From positions 186,001 to 250,000 of the IMG/VR virus record IMGVR_UViG_3300046092_000062: a DNA stretch of 64,000 bases, one strand, 5' to 3'. Shown here piece after piece: positions 8,600 through 16,979 of the stretch. A model generated the notes under the pieces. It saw only the letters and a program-made list of their open reading frames with translations. It was not told the DNA's origin and searched no databases. The stretch's first letter is position 1. Every line of letters begins with the position of its first letter. Position numbers and translations under genes: made by a program.

Positions 8600-8779
8600 A
8601 TGTTAACATACCGTATGATTGACTGGGTCAACATTCAACAACGCATGATTGAAGGCGGACTCAGTGATATTCCCAATGGGCGATTTCATGACAGCTACCG
8701 TAAGGACGATTACTTGTACTTTATGGTTGAGTTCGACACACCCGAGGATGAAATGATGTTTTTATTGAGGTGGGCATGA
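8600..8779 (+). CDS. LRW-family mini-protein I-19 (59 aa, missing from ORF track)
   Basis: hand translation MLTYRMIDWVNIQQ...FDTPEDEMMFLLRWA. Confidence 0.8.
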   Translation: MLTYRMIDWVNIQQRMIEGGLSDIPNGRFHDSYRKDDYLYFMVEFDTPEDEMMFLLRWA

Positions 8780-9000
8780 ACTCAAAACAAAGACGACGTG
8801 ATCGCAGAGCATGGAAACACGACATTGTGTTTACACACGAACAAGTTTATGAACGTGGTTACAACGACATGTGGGACTGGTGTGTTACTGTTTTTAATAA
8901 CAGGGGCAACAAGTGGAGAGAGCCGTATGGTCCTCCGGGCGTTAGATGGCAGTTTACCAAGCCAGAATACGCTGTGATGTTTGCACTACGCTGGCAATAA
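8776..9000 (+). CDS. LRW-family mini-protein I-20
   Basis: DWCVTVF core; tail FTKPEYAVMFALRWQ. Confidence 0.85.
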   Translation: MNSKQRRRDRRAWKHDIVFTHEQVYERGYNDMWDWCVTVFNNRGNKWREPYGPPGVRWQFTKPEYAVMFALRWQ

Positions 9001-9002
9001 AG

Positions 9003-9058
9003 TAGTACTTGAGTATTACATTTTTTTGGTTGACCCAAAATGGTTTTGGTTGTATAAT
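9003..9058 (+). promoter_or_regulatory. early promoter with palindromic box (near-copy of 3970 element)
   Basis: TAGTACTTGAGTATTAC, T-tract, TTGACC(9030)-17-TATAAT(9053). Confidence 0.85.
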
Positions 9059-9090
9059 ATACACATAGCAAAGCAAAACAGGACTCAAAG

Positions 9091-9357
9091 ATGACACGCA
9101 AAATGAATCAACCAAAGACTATTTTGAAGAACATCATGGAAGATGCTTCTTGGCCCAGCGAGGCCCGTGCAAAAGCAGCTTGGACTGATGAGAAAATTGC
9201 TGCTGATTTGGCAGATTTTGCTGAGCAGATGTGGCACAATCAGTACATTGAAGTTGATGTTAGCAAGGTAACTGGTGACGCTTTCCGTGCAGCAGCCGCA
9301 AAGCGCGAAGAATACCTTAAAGATTTGTGGGCCGGTTGCCCAGAAGAAAACATGTAA
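9091..9357 (+). CDS. hypothetical protein
   Basis: 88-aa ORF directly downstream of promoter. Confidence 0.65.
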   Translation: MTRKMNQPKTILKNIMEDASWPSEARAKAAWTDEKIAADLADFAEQMWHNQYIEVDVSKVTGDAFRAAAAKREEYLKDLWAGCPEENM

Positions 9358-9362
9358 AACGG

Positions 9363-9401
9363 TTGCACCATAATGATTTTGGTGCTATAATATACACATA
9401 G
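9363..9401 (+). promoter_or_regulatory. early promoter for ligase operon
   Basis: TTGCAC-17-TATAAT; 9368-9401 identical (34 nt) to 44367-44400. Confidence 0.85.
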
Positions 9402-9421
9402 AACGAAACAAAGGAACACAA

Positions 9422-10738
9422 ATGAACAAGCCATGGGACGTAATCGCAGAACTCGAAAGTGACAACAGCCGCCTGTTTAAGGAAGCAGTTATTGCCCGTG
9501 AGAGCAAAGCCGGTAACACAGAAGTGTTTCGGGGTTTTCGTGCTGCATACGATGCAATGGTGACATTCGGTGTTAAGAAAGTTGATGTCAAAACTGGCGA
9601 CGGCCCTGGCATCAGCTCGGGCGCATTTTGGGACATTGCCCGCAAACTTGCAGACCGTGAACTCACAGGTGGTGCTGCTCAAACTGCTATCAACTTCTTG
9701 CGTATGCAAGCAACAGAAGAAGAATGGAACAACTGGTATCGTCGCATCTTGATCAAGGACATGCGTTGCGGTGCTAGCGACAGTATTGTTAACAAGGTTG
9801 CTGATCCCAAATACCATGTGCCAGTTTTTGAATGCCAACTTGCGCACGATGGTGCCAAGCACGAAGGCAAGATCAAAGGTCACAAGACTATCGAAGTCAA
9901 GCTGGATGGTATGCGTGTGCTTACCATTGTTTACCCAACAGGTCAAGTTGATCAATACAGCCGCAATGGTAAAGAGCTGGTTAACTTTGAAGTTGTTAAG
10001 CAACAGATTGCCAAGCACGCCAAGTTCTTTAAAGAGCCAATGGTACTCGACGGTGAGATCATGAGCGCCAGCTTCCAAGACTTGATGAAGCAGGCCAAGC
10101 GCAAGACCAACGTCGACGCAGATGATGCAGTGCTTAACTTGTTTGACATTATCCCACTCGACGAGTTCCAAGCAGGTGTGGGTTCACGTACCCAAGCAGA
10201 ACGCAGCGTGGATCTTTTGGCTTGGTTTACACCTTGCGAAGATCACATGCCCAACGTCACTGTGGTGGGTCAAGAAGATGTGGATCTCGATACCCCAGAA
10301 GGCTACGCACGGTTCAAAGAGATCAATGCACAAGCCATTGCAGCAGGTTACGAAGGCATTATGCTTAAAGAACCCAATGCAGTTTACGAGTGCAAGCGCA
10401 CAGTGAGCTGGCTCAAAATCAAGCCCTTCATTGAAGTGTCACTGACTGCGGTTGCCATTGAAGAAGGTACTGGCAAGAACGTGGGCAAAATGGGTGCAGT
10501 GTTGTTTGAAGGCACAGACGACGGCAAGTTCATCCGCGTAAGCGTTGGTGGCGGCTGGAGCGATAAGGATCGTGCAGACATTTGGGCTGCTCGCAATACA
10601 CCAGAATCTGTTGTAGGCGATGTAGGCGAAGTTCGTGCAGATGCTGCTACGCTGAATCAAGACAGCACAGATGTTTGGAGCTTGCGATTCCCACGTTTTA
10701 AAACATGGCGCGGCTTTGCTAAAGGTGAGAAGCTGTGA
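9422..10738 (+). CDS. lig: ATP-dependent DNA ligase
   Basis: motif I EVKLDG, SRNGK, LDGEI, FDII, EGIMLK, WLKIK, OB-fold end SLRFPRF. Confidence 0.95.
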   Translation: MNKPWDVIAELESDNSRLFKEAVIARESKAGNTEVFRGFRAAYDAMVTFGVKKVDVKTGDGPGISSGAFWDIARKLADRELTGGAAQTAINFLRMQATEEEWNNWYRRILIKDMRCGASDSIVNKVADPKYHVPVFECQLAHDGAKHEGKIKGHKTIEVKLDGMRVLTIVYPTGQVDQYSRNGKELVNFEVVKQQIAKHAKFFKEPMVLDGEIMSASFQDLMKQAKRKTNVDADDAVLNLFDIIPLDEFQAGVGSRTQAERSVDLLAWFTPCEDHMPNVTVVGQEDVDLDTPEGYARFKEINAQAIAAGYEGIMLKEPNAVYECKRTVSWLKIKPFIEVSLTAVAIEEGTGKNVGKMGAVLFEGTDDGKFIRVSVGGGWSDKDRADIWAARNTPESVVGDVGEVRADAATLNQDSTDVWSLRFPRFKTWRGFAKGEKL

Positions 10739-10911
10739 TACCTTATACTGATTACGAACGATTAGCCTTACTCGAAGAACTTGAGCGAGGTGAGAAAATC
10801 ATTCTTCCCATTAGCGAAAACCACGCTTATGAAATGATATACGTGGCTGCAAAATACATCCAAGATCGCAAAAACGAAACTTGGTCAGCATTGACTAAGG
10901 AATACAAATGA
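10735..10911 (+). CDS. hypothetical protein (58 aa, not in track)
   Basis: GTGA overlap with ligase stop; MIPYTDYERLALLEELERGEK... Confidence 0.6.
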   Translation: MIPYTDYERLALLEELERGEKIILPISENHAYEMIYVAAKYIQDRKNETWSALTKEYK

Positions 10912-11037
10912 TTCAAACTCTTGCTGATTGGTTGTTTGCTGATGCGTGGCAACAATGCGCTGCTCGTTACGAGTATGCTGCAAAAACTTTTAAGGTTACC
11001 AATGACGCCTGAAATTTTTCACCGCAATCGTTTAGTG

Positions 11038-11244
11038 ATGGCACAGTACAAACTCAATGACAATGTGGTTGTTAAACAGGGCACTGATGCCCAACTTGGA
11101 ACCATTGTTGATTATGATGCGTGGAATGCTGACAGCAAAGTGTACTTGGTTATCAAAATGCACACCGTGGGCAGACTGCGAAGAGAAGACGCAGTTACAC
11201 ACTGGACCATTGACCCCGACCTAACTTATGTGAAGCACGTATGA
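11038..11244 (+). CDS. hypothetical protein
   Basis: likely start ATG 11038 within track ORF 10921-11244. Confidence 0.6.
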   Translation: MAQYKLNDNVVVKQGTDAQLGTIVDYDAWNADSKVYLVIKMHTVGRLRREDAVTHWTIDPDLTYVKHV

Positions 11245-11501
11245 GCAAGCGTATAAATGAACTTGCTATCCGAGCCGGGGGAATCTGGCAGGGTGGCTAT
11301 GTTGACAACCGTGCCGGCGATGGCATATGGACTGAACAAAAGTTTGTCCACGGTGGCGACATGAATGTAGAACAATTCGCCCGGTTGTTAGTCAATGAAT
11401 GTATGGAGCAGGTTTGGTACACTCGTGAAGATGGTATCAATGGCAATGTTTCTGAAGTTATCAAGGACAGGATTAAACAACATTTCGGAGTTGAAGAATG
11501 A
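11241..11501 (+). CDS. FGVE-family small protein
   Basis: RINELA...FARLLVNEC...HFGVEE. Confidence 0.8.
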   Translation: MSKRINELAIRAGGIWQGGYVDNRAGDGIWTEQKFVHGGDMNVEQFARLLVNECMEQVWYTREDGINGNVSEVIKDRIKQHFGVEE

Positions 11502-11764
11502 GCAAAGGTAGCGAACTTTTTGATGCAGTGACAAAACTAGACCATCCTTTGGCTCGTAAATTGAAAGAACTACACGCAGAGGCTTTTGCGTTGCCAACCA
11601 CCGATGACGCTGAAAAGTTTTTAACAGAGTGGAAAAAGAACAATCCTGAAGAAGCACGAGCCATGCACGAGTTTATATTTGGGGATTTAATGGATGAACG
11701 AGAAAGTCGCCGTGAAGTTAAATCAGAGTTAGGTTACAGTCGCATTGGGAGGAACAATGTATGA
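11498..11764 (+). CDS. hypothetical protein
   Basis: coupled by ATGA overlap. Confidence 0.7.
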   Translation: MSKGSELFDAVTKLDHPLARKLKELHAEAFALPTTDDAEKFLTEWKKNNPEEARAMHEFIFGDLMDERESRREVKSELGYSRIGRNNV

Positions 11765-11979
11765 ACGAACGAATCCAAGAACTTGCACTTAAATGTACAC
11801 CGGCATATCAGCAACCAAATTTTGATGCTGAAAAGTTCGCCGAGTTGATTGTTTTGGAATGCCTTGCTATTGCTAAAAACAGAGAAGATGAACTGGAAAG
11901 TGCTGGCCTTCTCAGCGAATCAAATGCAGTAGGCAATGTGTCATATCGAATTTCACGACAATTTGGAGTTAAACGATGA
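11761..11979 (+). CDS. FGVE-family small protein
   Basis: MNERIQELA...EKFAELIVLEC...QFGVKR. Confidence 0.8.
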   Translation: MNERIQELALKCTPAYQQPNFDAEKFAELIVLECLAIAKNREDELESAGLLSESNAVGNVSYRISRQFGVKR

Positions 11980-12299
11980 CAACACGTAGAAAGATTACCG
12001 ACATGGTAGATGATGTCTCCACCTGGGAGTTTGAAGGCACTCTAGCAACAGTGTTGGAACGTGTGCAAGCGTTGATCCAAAAACACGGTCCAGATGCACG
12101 GCTTGATTATAACCGAAACTTCTATTACGATTACGATAACGACCCAACACCTCGCTTTGAGTTGTATGTCGAGCGAGAAGAAAATGATGAAGAATTTAAC
12201 AAGCGTCTAGCCGAACAAGCTGAGTATGACCGCCAACGTGAAGCAGCCGAGAAAGCCGAGTTTGAACGTTTGAGTAAAAAGTTTGGAGATGTAAAATGA
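11976..12299 (+). CDS. hypothetical protein, C-terminal coiled coil
   Basis: ATGA overlap; E/R/A-rich tail. Confidence 0.75.
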   Translation: MTTRRKITDMVDDVSTWEFEGTLATVLERVQALIQKHGPDARLDYNRNFYYDYDNDPTPRFELYVEREENDEEFNKRLAEQAEYDRQREAAEKAEFERLSKKFGDVK

Positions 12300-12423
12300 A
12301 AACCTTTCTAGCAGTAATCGGTGGGTTTGTATTGTGCTTGGCAATACTGGGATCACTTAATGTAGGCAACTTTGTGTTAATGTATAGCCCAGACAAAATT
12401 TCTTGCGTTAAAGGAGATAAAGA

Positions 12424-12732
12424 ATGAAAATGTATATTTGTATTAAGGATGACTTGCCTACTGGTATGGCAATGAACTCCGCAGCACATGCTGGCCTTAT
12501 GTGCCACTTGCAGTTCAGCGACGACGGTGATTACTTAGACTGGCTCAGTAATAGCTTCAAGAAAGTAACCTGTGCAGTAACAGCCGCAGAGTTTGCTATG
12601 CTGAAAACTGTAGAAGATCATTTGGTAGTAACCGAAAGCCGTCTCAACGGGCAGGAAGTTGCTATTGTACTCAAACCGCGCCAACCAAACGAGTGGCCAG
12701 AGTTTGTTAACATGCTGAAGCTGTGGAAATGA
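12424..12732 (+). CDS. Pth2-like peptidyl-tRNA hydrolase fold protein
   Basis: KMYICIKDDL...G.A...AAHA, W...FKKV, terminal LKLW pattern of the PTH2 family. Confidence 0.6.
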   Translation: MKMYICIKDDLPTGMAMNSAAHAGLMCHLQFSDDGDYLDWLSNSFKKVTCAVTAAEFAMLKTVEDHLVVTESRLNGQEVAIVLKPRQPNEWPEFVNMLKLWK

Positions 12733-13082
12733 TACGAGAAATCGGACATGCCCTCCGCATCCTAAAAGAGTTTATCTTTTGGGCGTTATCTAAAATTGGT
12801 ATGTACTTTGTGGGTCGTCACATAGAATATGCCAAGTCGTTGATAAAAGAACCGGGGTTTACCACTTTTATGACCGCTGCGATTTTAGCAATTGGGTGCA
12901 TACCTGTTGCATTAGGCTCGCTAGTCTACACTGGCGAAACTGCATCATCAGTGCTCGCTGTAAAGATTTGGTTCTGGACCGTGCTTTCATACTACATGTT
13001 TACATTGGTAACCATTGCTTTCAAAGCGTTTCTTTTAGAACGTGAAGAGCTCATGAATCGGTTAAGAGACACAAACATTTAA
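12729..13082 (+). CDS. membrane protein
   Basis: two hydrophobic segments. Confidence 0.7.
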   Translation: MIREIGHALRILKEFIFWALSKIGMYFVGRHIEYAKSLIKEPGFTTFMTAAILAIGCIPVALGSLVYTGETASSVLAVKIWFWTVLSYYMFTLVTIAFKAFLLEREELMNRLRDTNI

Positions 13083-13111
13083 TAGACAACAATTCAACAA
13101 ACGTATATAAT
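13083..13111 (+). promoter_or_regulatory. sigma70-type promoter
   Basis: TAGACA-17-TATAAT. Confidence 0.7.
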
Positions 13112-13132
13112 ACACTTTTAAAGGAAAACATT

Positions 13133-13300
13133 ATGACATGCAGAGGTTACGATCCTAAAGCTGTGAAACTCTCCAGCTTGGTTAAGATGGCATCGTCTAC
13201 TATTGTAGACAAGCAAGTTCGTGGAGCATTTCTCCGCAGCTTCACAAAGATTGCTGAAGCTGACGCTCGCCAAAAGGGCGGACGTAAGGACTCCAAGTGA
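13133..13300 (+). CDS. small basic hypothetical protein (55 aa, not in track)
   Basis: AAGGA SD; MTCRGYDPKAVKLSSLVKM... Confidence 0.65.
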   Translation: MTCRGYDPKAVKLSSLVKMASSTIVDKQVRGAFLRSFTKIAEADARQKGGRKDSK

Positions 13301-13599
13301 GTCTAGAGTACACTTTCGGCCCATTGGGTGACGATGAATTTGCGCTGGGCACCCGTTACAAAGAGATTCAAAAGCTCTTGTGGGAACACCAATGCGAAGT
13401 CACTTTCACTAAAGTAGATGGAAGTGTGCGAACAATGCCCTGCACCCTAAAGGCAGAGGCATTGCCTGCTCGTGATGCTGCAACGCTACACGAGACACGA
13501 TTGCTGAACCACAAGACTCTTAGTGCTTGGTGTTTAGACAAGAGCGAATGGCGCAGTTTTAGAACTGCTAACGTTACTCACATTAAGGTGATCACATGA
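13297..13599 (+). CDS. WYL-like/SH3 beta-barrel protein
   Basis: VTFTKVDGSVRTMPCTL...DKSEWRSFR pattern. Confidence 0.65.
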   Translation: MSLEYTFGPLGDDEFALGTRYKEIQKLLWEHQCEVTFTKVDGSVRTMPCTLKAEALPARDAATLHETRLLNHKTLSAWCLDKSEWRSFRTANVTHIKVIT

Positions 13600-13823
13600 A
13601 AGACGCACTAGTGGGCTTTGTATATGTAACCGCATTTATTCTGGTCTCATGGGGATGCGGTACTTTAATTGGGTTAGCCATTGGCTCTGCTGCAAAGGAA
13701 TACTCAGACCCCCGTACTGCACCAATTTGGTACTGTATCGAAGGCAAGCTATACGAAAAGATTGGTGATACCTACGCTAGTATAGTTCCTGCCCGTACCT
13801 GTTTGCCGGTGAGCAAAGACTAA
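13596..13823 (+). CDS. membrane-anchored protein
   Basis: N-terminal TM helix, Cys pair. Confidence 0.65.
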   Translation: MKDALVGFVYVTAFILVSWGCGTLIGLAIGSAAKEYSDPRTAPIWYCIEGKLYEKIGDTYASIVPARTCLPVSKD

Positions 13824-13824
13824 C

Positions 13825-14034
13825 ATGACCACTAGCAAGATTGACCCAAGCGAGCTAACTCCTGAATGGGAACAAACAGGAGAGAACTCGTGGGTGGTCA
13901 CTTTAGCTGAAGACGGTGACGACATTGTTATGCCTATTCCCGACGAACTATTAGCTGCACAAGGGTGGGCCATTGGCGATACTCTTGTATGGGATATTCG
14001 AGATGATGGCACTATCTTTCTAACTAAGCAATGA
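13825..14034 (+). CDS. AbrB/MazE-like swapped-hairpin protein
   Basis: IVMPIPDELL..QGW.IGDTLVW pattern. Confidence 0.7.
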   Translation: MTTSKIDPSELTPEWEQTGENSWVVTLAEDGDDIVMPIPDELLAAQGWAIGDTLVWDIRDDGTIFLTKQ

Positions 14035-14594
14035 CTATTAGCAAAAGCCCCGAGCGTAATACATTTCAAACGCAGAGTTACCGAGAAAAATTGTTGGTTG
14101 ATCCAACGGATGAAGAGGCCCTGCAAATGATTGAACATTACGAAGAATGGAACCACAAAGCTGACCTGAGGACTCAAGACCCCGAATGGCAAAAGGACAA
14201 CATGGAGTACGATCTTCGTACAACAGATTGGATCTTGGAAAAAGTGCGCAGCGATGATGTGTACGCACAGAATCTCTATGCTGCCATGTGTAACAATGAC
14301 TTCCAGAAGCTAGACACTTGGCCTATCCTAACCGGTAAGACCTGGGGCTGTTCTTGGCGTTATGCTGGTGGTATTGTTGCCGATATGCAGGAAAAAGGCG
14401 ACTATATTGATTGGTATTGCAGCGGTATTCGCAATGGCGATGCAACACCCGAAGACCTAGCCGCTACTACAGAAGAGCAGTTGGCTTATCTCAAGCAATC
14501 GCAGGCCTATGTGCCCGAAAGTTTCGTTACTGATGAGATCCGAGAAGACCTACACCGCCTGGGTTGGGCAGCATTGGACAACAAGGACGAGTAA
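14031..14594 (+). CDS. hypothetical protein
   Basis: 187-aa acidic ORF. Confidence 0.75.
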   Translation: MTISKSPERNTFQTQSYREKLLVDPTDEEALQMIEHYEEWNHKADLRTQDPEWQKDNMEYDLRTTDWILEKVRSDDVYAQNLYAAMCNNDFQKLDTWPILTGKTWGCSWRYAGGIVADMQEKGDYIDWYCSGIRNGDATPEDLAATTEEQLAYLKQSQAYVPESFVTDEIREDLHRLGWAALDNKDE

Positions 14595-14684
14595 TATTAC
14601 CATAAGACTTGTTCTTATAGATAGCACTTTGCTATACTACAATCAGTTGTGCAAGACACAACAAATATTAAAGGAAATTACATT

Positions 14685-14972
14685 ATGACAACTATCAACT
14701 TAAAGCGTTTCGATTTAACTACTAAGCAAGGCAAATTGTTCAAAGCATTGGTCTTGGACAAGGAAGTTTTGAGCGAGGCACAAATTGCCAAGCGTTTCAG
14801 CATTGCTAACCCAACTGCTACCATCAGTGCAATCCGCCAACGTGGTTATGCCATTTACGGCAAGAGCCGCAAAGCAGGCAATGGCGTTCAAGTTACTGAA
14901 TACCGTTACGGCGAAGCTAGCCGCAAAATGGTTGCTATCGCTTACAAAGCAATGGCACAAGGTTTGGTCTAA
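14685..14972 (+). CDS. winged helix-turn-helix protein
   Basis: LSEAQIAKRFSIANPTATISAIRQRGY; AAGGA SD before ATG 14685. Confidence 0.65.
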   Translation: MTTINLKRFDLTTKQGKLFKALVLDKEVLSEAQIAKRFSIANPTATISAIRQRGYAIYGKSRKAGNGVQVTEYRYGEASRKMVAIAYKAMAQGLV

Positions 14973-14986
14973 TTCTAGACTGCTCC

Positions 14987-15009
14987 AAAAAGGCTCACAA
15001 GGGCCTTTT
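14987..15009 (+). terminator. intrinsic terminator
   Basis: AAAAGGCTC-ACAA-GGGCCTTTT. Confidence 0.7.
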
Positions 15010-15012
15010 CTC

Positions 15013-15041
15013 TTGACAAGATATTGGAATAGTGCTACAAT
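15013..15041 (+). promoter_or_regulatory. sigma70-type promoter
   Basis: TTGACA-17-TACAAT. Confidence 0.75.
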
Positions 15042-15064
15042 AGCACATTACTAAAGGAACTATC

Positions 15065-15907
15065 ATGCGTGTTAGCGTAATGAGTGATTTACACTTGGAT
15101 TTTGCAGACTTGACCTTGCCCGGAGGCGATGTTCTTATTCTCAGCGGTGACGTTTGCGAAGCCAAGCGTTTCAAGAAAGCAGATTACAACCCAGCAATGG
15201 TATTGCTAGAGCACGAGCGCAAAGACCAGCGCCCCGATCGTTGCAGCCGCTTCTTAGAGGAAGAGTGCGCCAAGTACCGCGAAGTCATTTACGTAATGGG
15301 TAACCATGAGCACTACGGTTACCAGTTCCACAAGACATACGATCACATCAAGAGCCAGTTGCCGTCTAACGTGCATCTGCTAGAGAAAGAATCGTACGAA
15401 ATTGATGGTGTAATATTCTTGGGCGGGACATTGTGGACTGATATGAACAATCATGATCAGCTTACACTATACCACATGAAGAGCATGATGAACGACTACC
15501 GTCAAGTAACTATGCTAAATGAGGCCAATGGTGCTTACCACAAGTTGCAGCCCGAGAAGACTGTGACTGAGCACATTAAGACCAAACAATACTTTACTCA
15601 GCAGTTGAGCGAGAACCGTATGAGTGGCCGTAACAAGCCAGTGGTGGTGTGTACCCATCACAGCCCTAGCAAGTTAAGCACTCATCCGCGTTACGCAGAC
15701 GATGTTATCATGAACGGTGCTTACAGCAGCGATCTCAGTGAGTTTATCTTAGACAATCCTGAGATCAAAGTTTGGACACACGGGCATACACATCATCAGT
15801 TTGACTACATGGTCGGTGACACTCGTGTTATTTGCAATCCACGTGGTTACAAAAACTATGAGCAACAAGCAGAAGAATTTGACCCAACATTTGGGTTCGA
15901 TATTTAA
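15065..15907 (+). CDS. calcineurin-like metallophosphoesterase
   Basis: SDLH, GDV, GNHE, THH, HGHTH motifs. Confidence 0.92.
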   Translation: MRVSVMSDLHLDFADLTLPGGDVLILSGDVCEAKRFKKADYNPAMVLLEHERKDQRPDRCSRFLEEECAKYREVIYVMGNHEHYGYQFHKTYDHIKSQLPSNVHLLEKESYEIDGVIFLGGTLWTDMNNHDQLTLYHMKSMMNDYRQVTMLNEANGAYHKLQPEKTVTEHIKTKQYFTQQLSENRMSGRNKPVVVCTHHSPSKLSTHPRYADDVIMNGAYSSDLSEFILDNPEIKVWTHGHTHHQFDYMVGDTRVICNPRGYKNYEQQAEEFDPTFGFDI

Positions 15908-15945
15908 CTCCTAGAGAGTTATCTTATTACATAAAGGAAATTAAA

Positions 15946-16500
15946 ATGAAAAAAATCTTAGCAATTTTAGCATTGGCTGTTATTTCTGCCACTGCAATGG
16001 CAGGCGATTCAGCAACAGTTGAATATCAAAATTTAAATAACATTGGGTCAGCTGATCAAAAGAATATCGGGCTGTCTGTTAAGCACGAGTTTTCACAATC
16101 AGTTGCAGGTGATATTGGCATTTCTAACACCGTCACTGAAGGCACAAGTGCATTGTCTACTCGCACAGAACTCGGTGCAACGTACTCGGCTCCGATCGGA
16201 TTTAATCTGAAAGGCTATGTGCGCGGCGCAATGGGCCAGAAGTTTACTAACACAGGAGACTACACTTACTACGCAGTTGAGCCGGGTGTTTCTACATCAT
16301 TTGGTGCTGTGACTGTTAAAGCTGGTTACCGTTACCGCTCGGCCATTGACCCAACTACTAATAACGACCAAACCCATACAGCACGAATTGGTGTTGCATA
16401 CGCATTGACCAAGAACGACACTGTTGGTTTACGCTTTGATCGTGTGCGCGGTGATTCTGTACAAAACGTTACAGCCGTTAACTACACACGCGGGTTCTAA
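15946..16500 (+). CDS. outer-membrane beta-barrel protein (porin-like)
   Basis: signal peptide ending AMA, amphipathic strands, C-terminal YTRGF beta-signal. Confidence 0.75.
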   Translation: MKKILAILALAVISATAMAGDSATVEYQNLNNIGSADQKNIGLSVKHEFSQSVAGDIGISNTVTEGTSALSTRTELGATYSAPIGFNLKGYVRGAMGQKFTNTGDYTYYAVEPGVSTSFGAVTVKAGYRYRSAIDPTTNNDQTHTARIGVAYALTKNDTVGLRFDRVRGDSVQNVTAVNYTRGF

Positions 16501-16509
16501 TCAAACCTG

Positions 16510-16555
16510 TTGACTTTAGTTAACACAGAGCCTATACTGCGGTATAGGCTTTTTT
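16510..16555 (+). terminator. terminator overlapping a promoter
   Basis: AGCCTATAC-TGCG-GTATAGGCT-T5; TTGACT(16510)-17-TATACT(16533). Confidence 0.75.
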
Positions 16556-16567
16556 ACGAGGTAAATT

Positions 16568-16948
16568 TTGGCATACATTTTAAATAATCACAAGCATACC
16601 GGCAACTTATTTGTTGGCACAGCAACTACAGCAGCTAATCCATATTCGGTTAGTGGGGCAAATGGATATACCAATACTACATGGACCACTGCCGCCAACC
16701 CAATGACTGTTACACAACAAGCAACTATCCAGCTAAATGGCGAAAAGGCAGACATTGTTATAAACGGCAAGAGTCTCAAGGATACGTTGGAGGCATTGGA
16801 ATCGAGGTTGGCCATGTTGAAACCTGATGTCTCACTCGAAACCGAATGGGCAGAACTAAAACGGTTAGGCGATGAATACCGTAAATTGGAACTAGAGATT
16901 AAGGAAAAGATGAAAACTTGGGACACCCTTAAGAACACCTCACTTTGA
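16568..16948 (+). CDS. hypothetical protein, C-terminal coiled coil
   Basis: TTG start after GAGG. Confidence 0.7.
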   Translation: MAYILNNHKHTGNLFVGTATTAANPYSVSGANGYTNTTWTTAANPMTVTQQATIQLNGEKADIVINGKSLKDTLEALESRLAMLKPDVSLETEWAELKRLGDEYRKLELEIKEKMKTWDTLKNTSL

Positions 16949-16973
16949 CACATAAAGGCATTTAGTGTATAAT
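16945..16973 (+). promoter_or_regulatory. consensus sigma70 promoter heading array II
   Basis: TTGACA-17-TATAAT. Confidence 0.85.
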
Positions 16974-16979
16974 AGTACT

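Larger units (their letters stand above)
4406..9000 (+). other. tandem array I of 20 LRW-family mini-genes
   Basis: 20 consecutive ORFs, most coupled by ATGA/GTGA overlaps, sharing the C-terminal F..E.D...F.L[RK]W-type tail. Confidence 0.9.
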
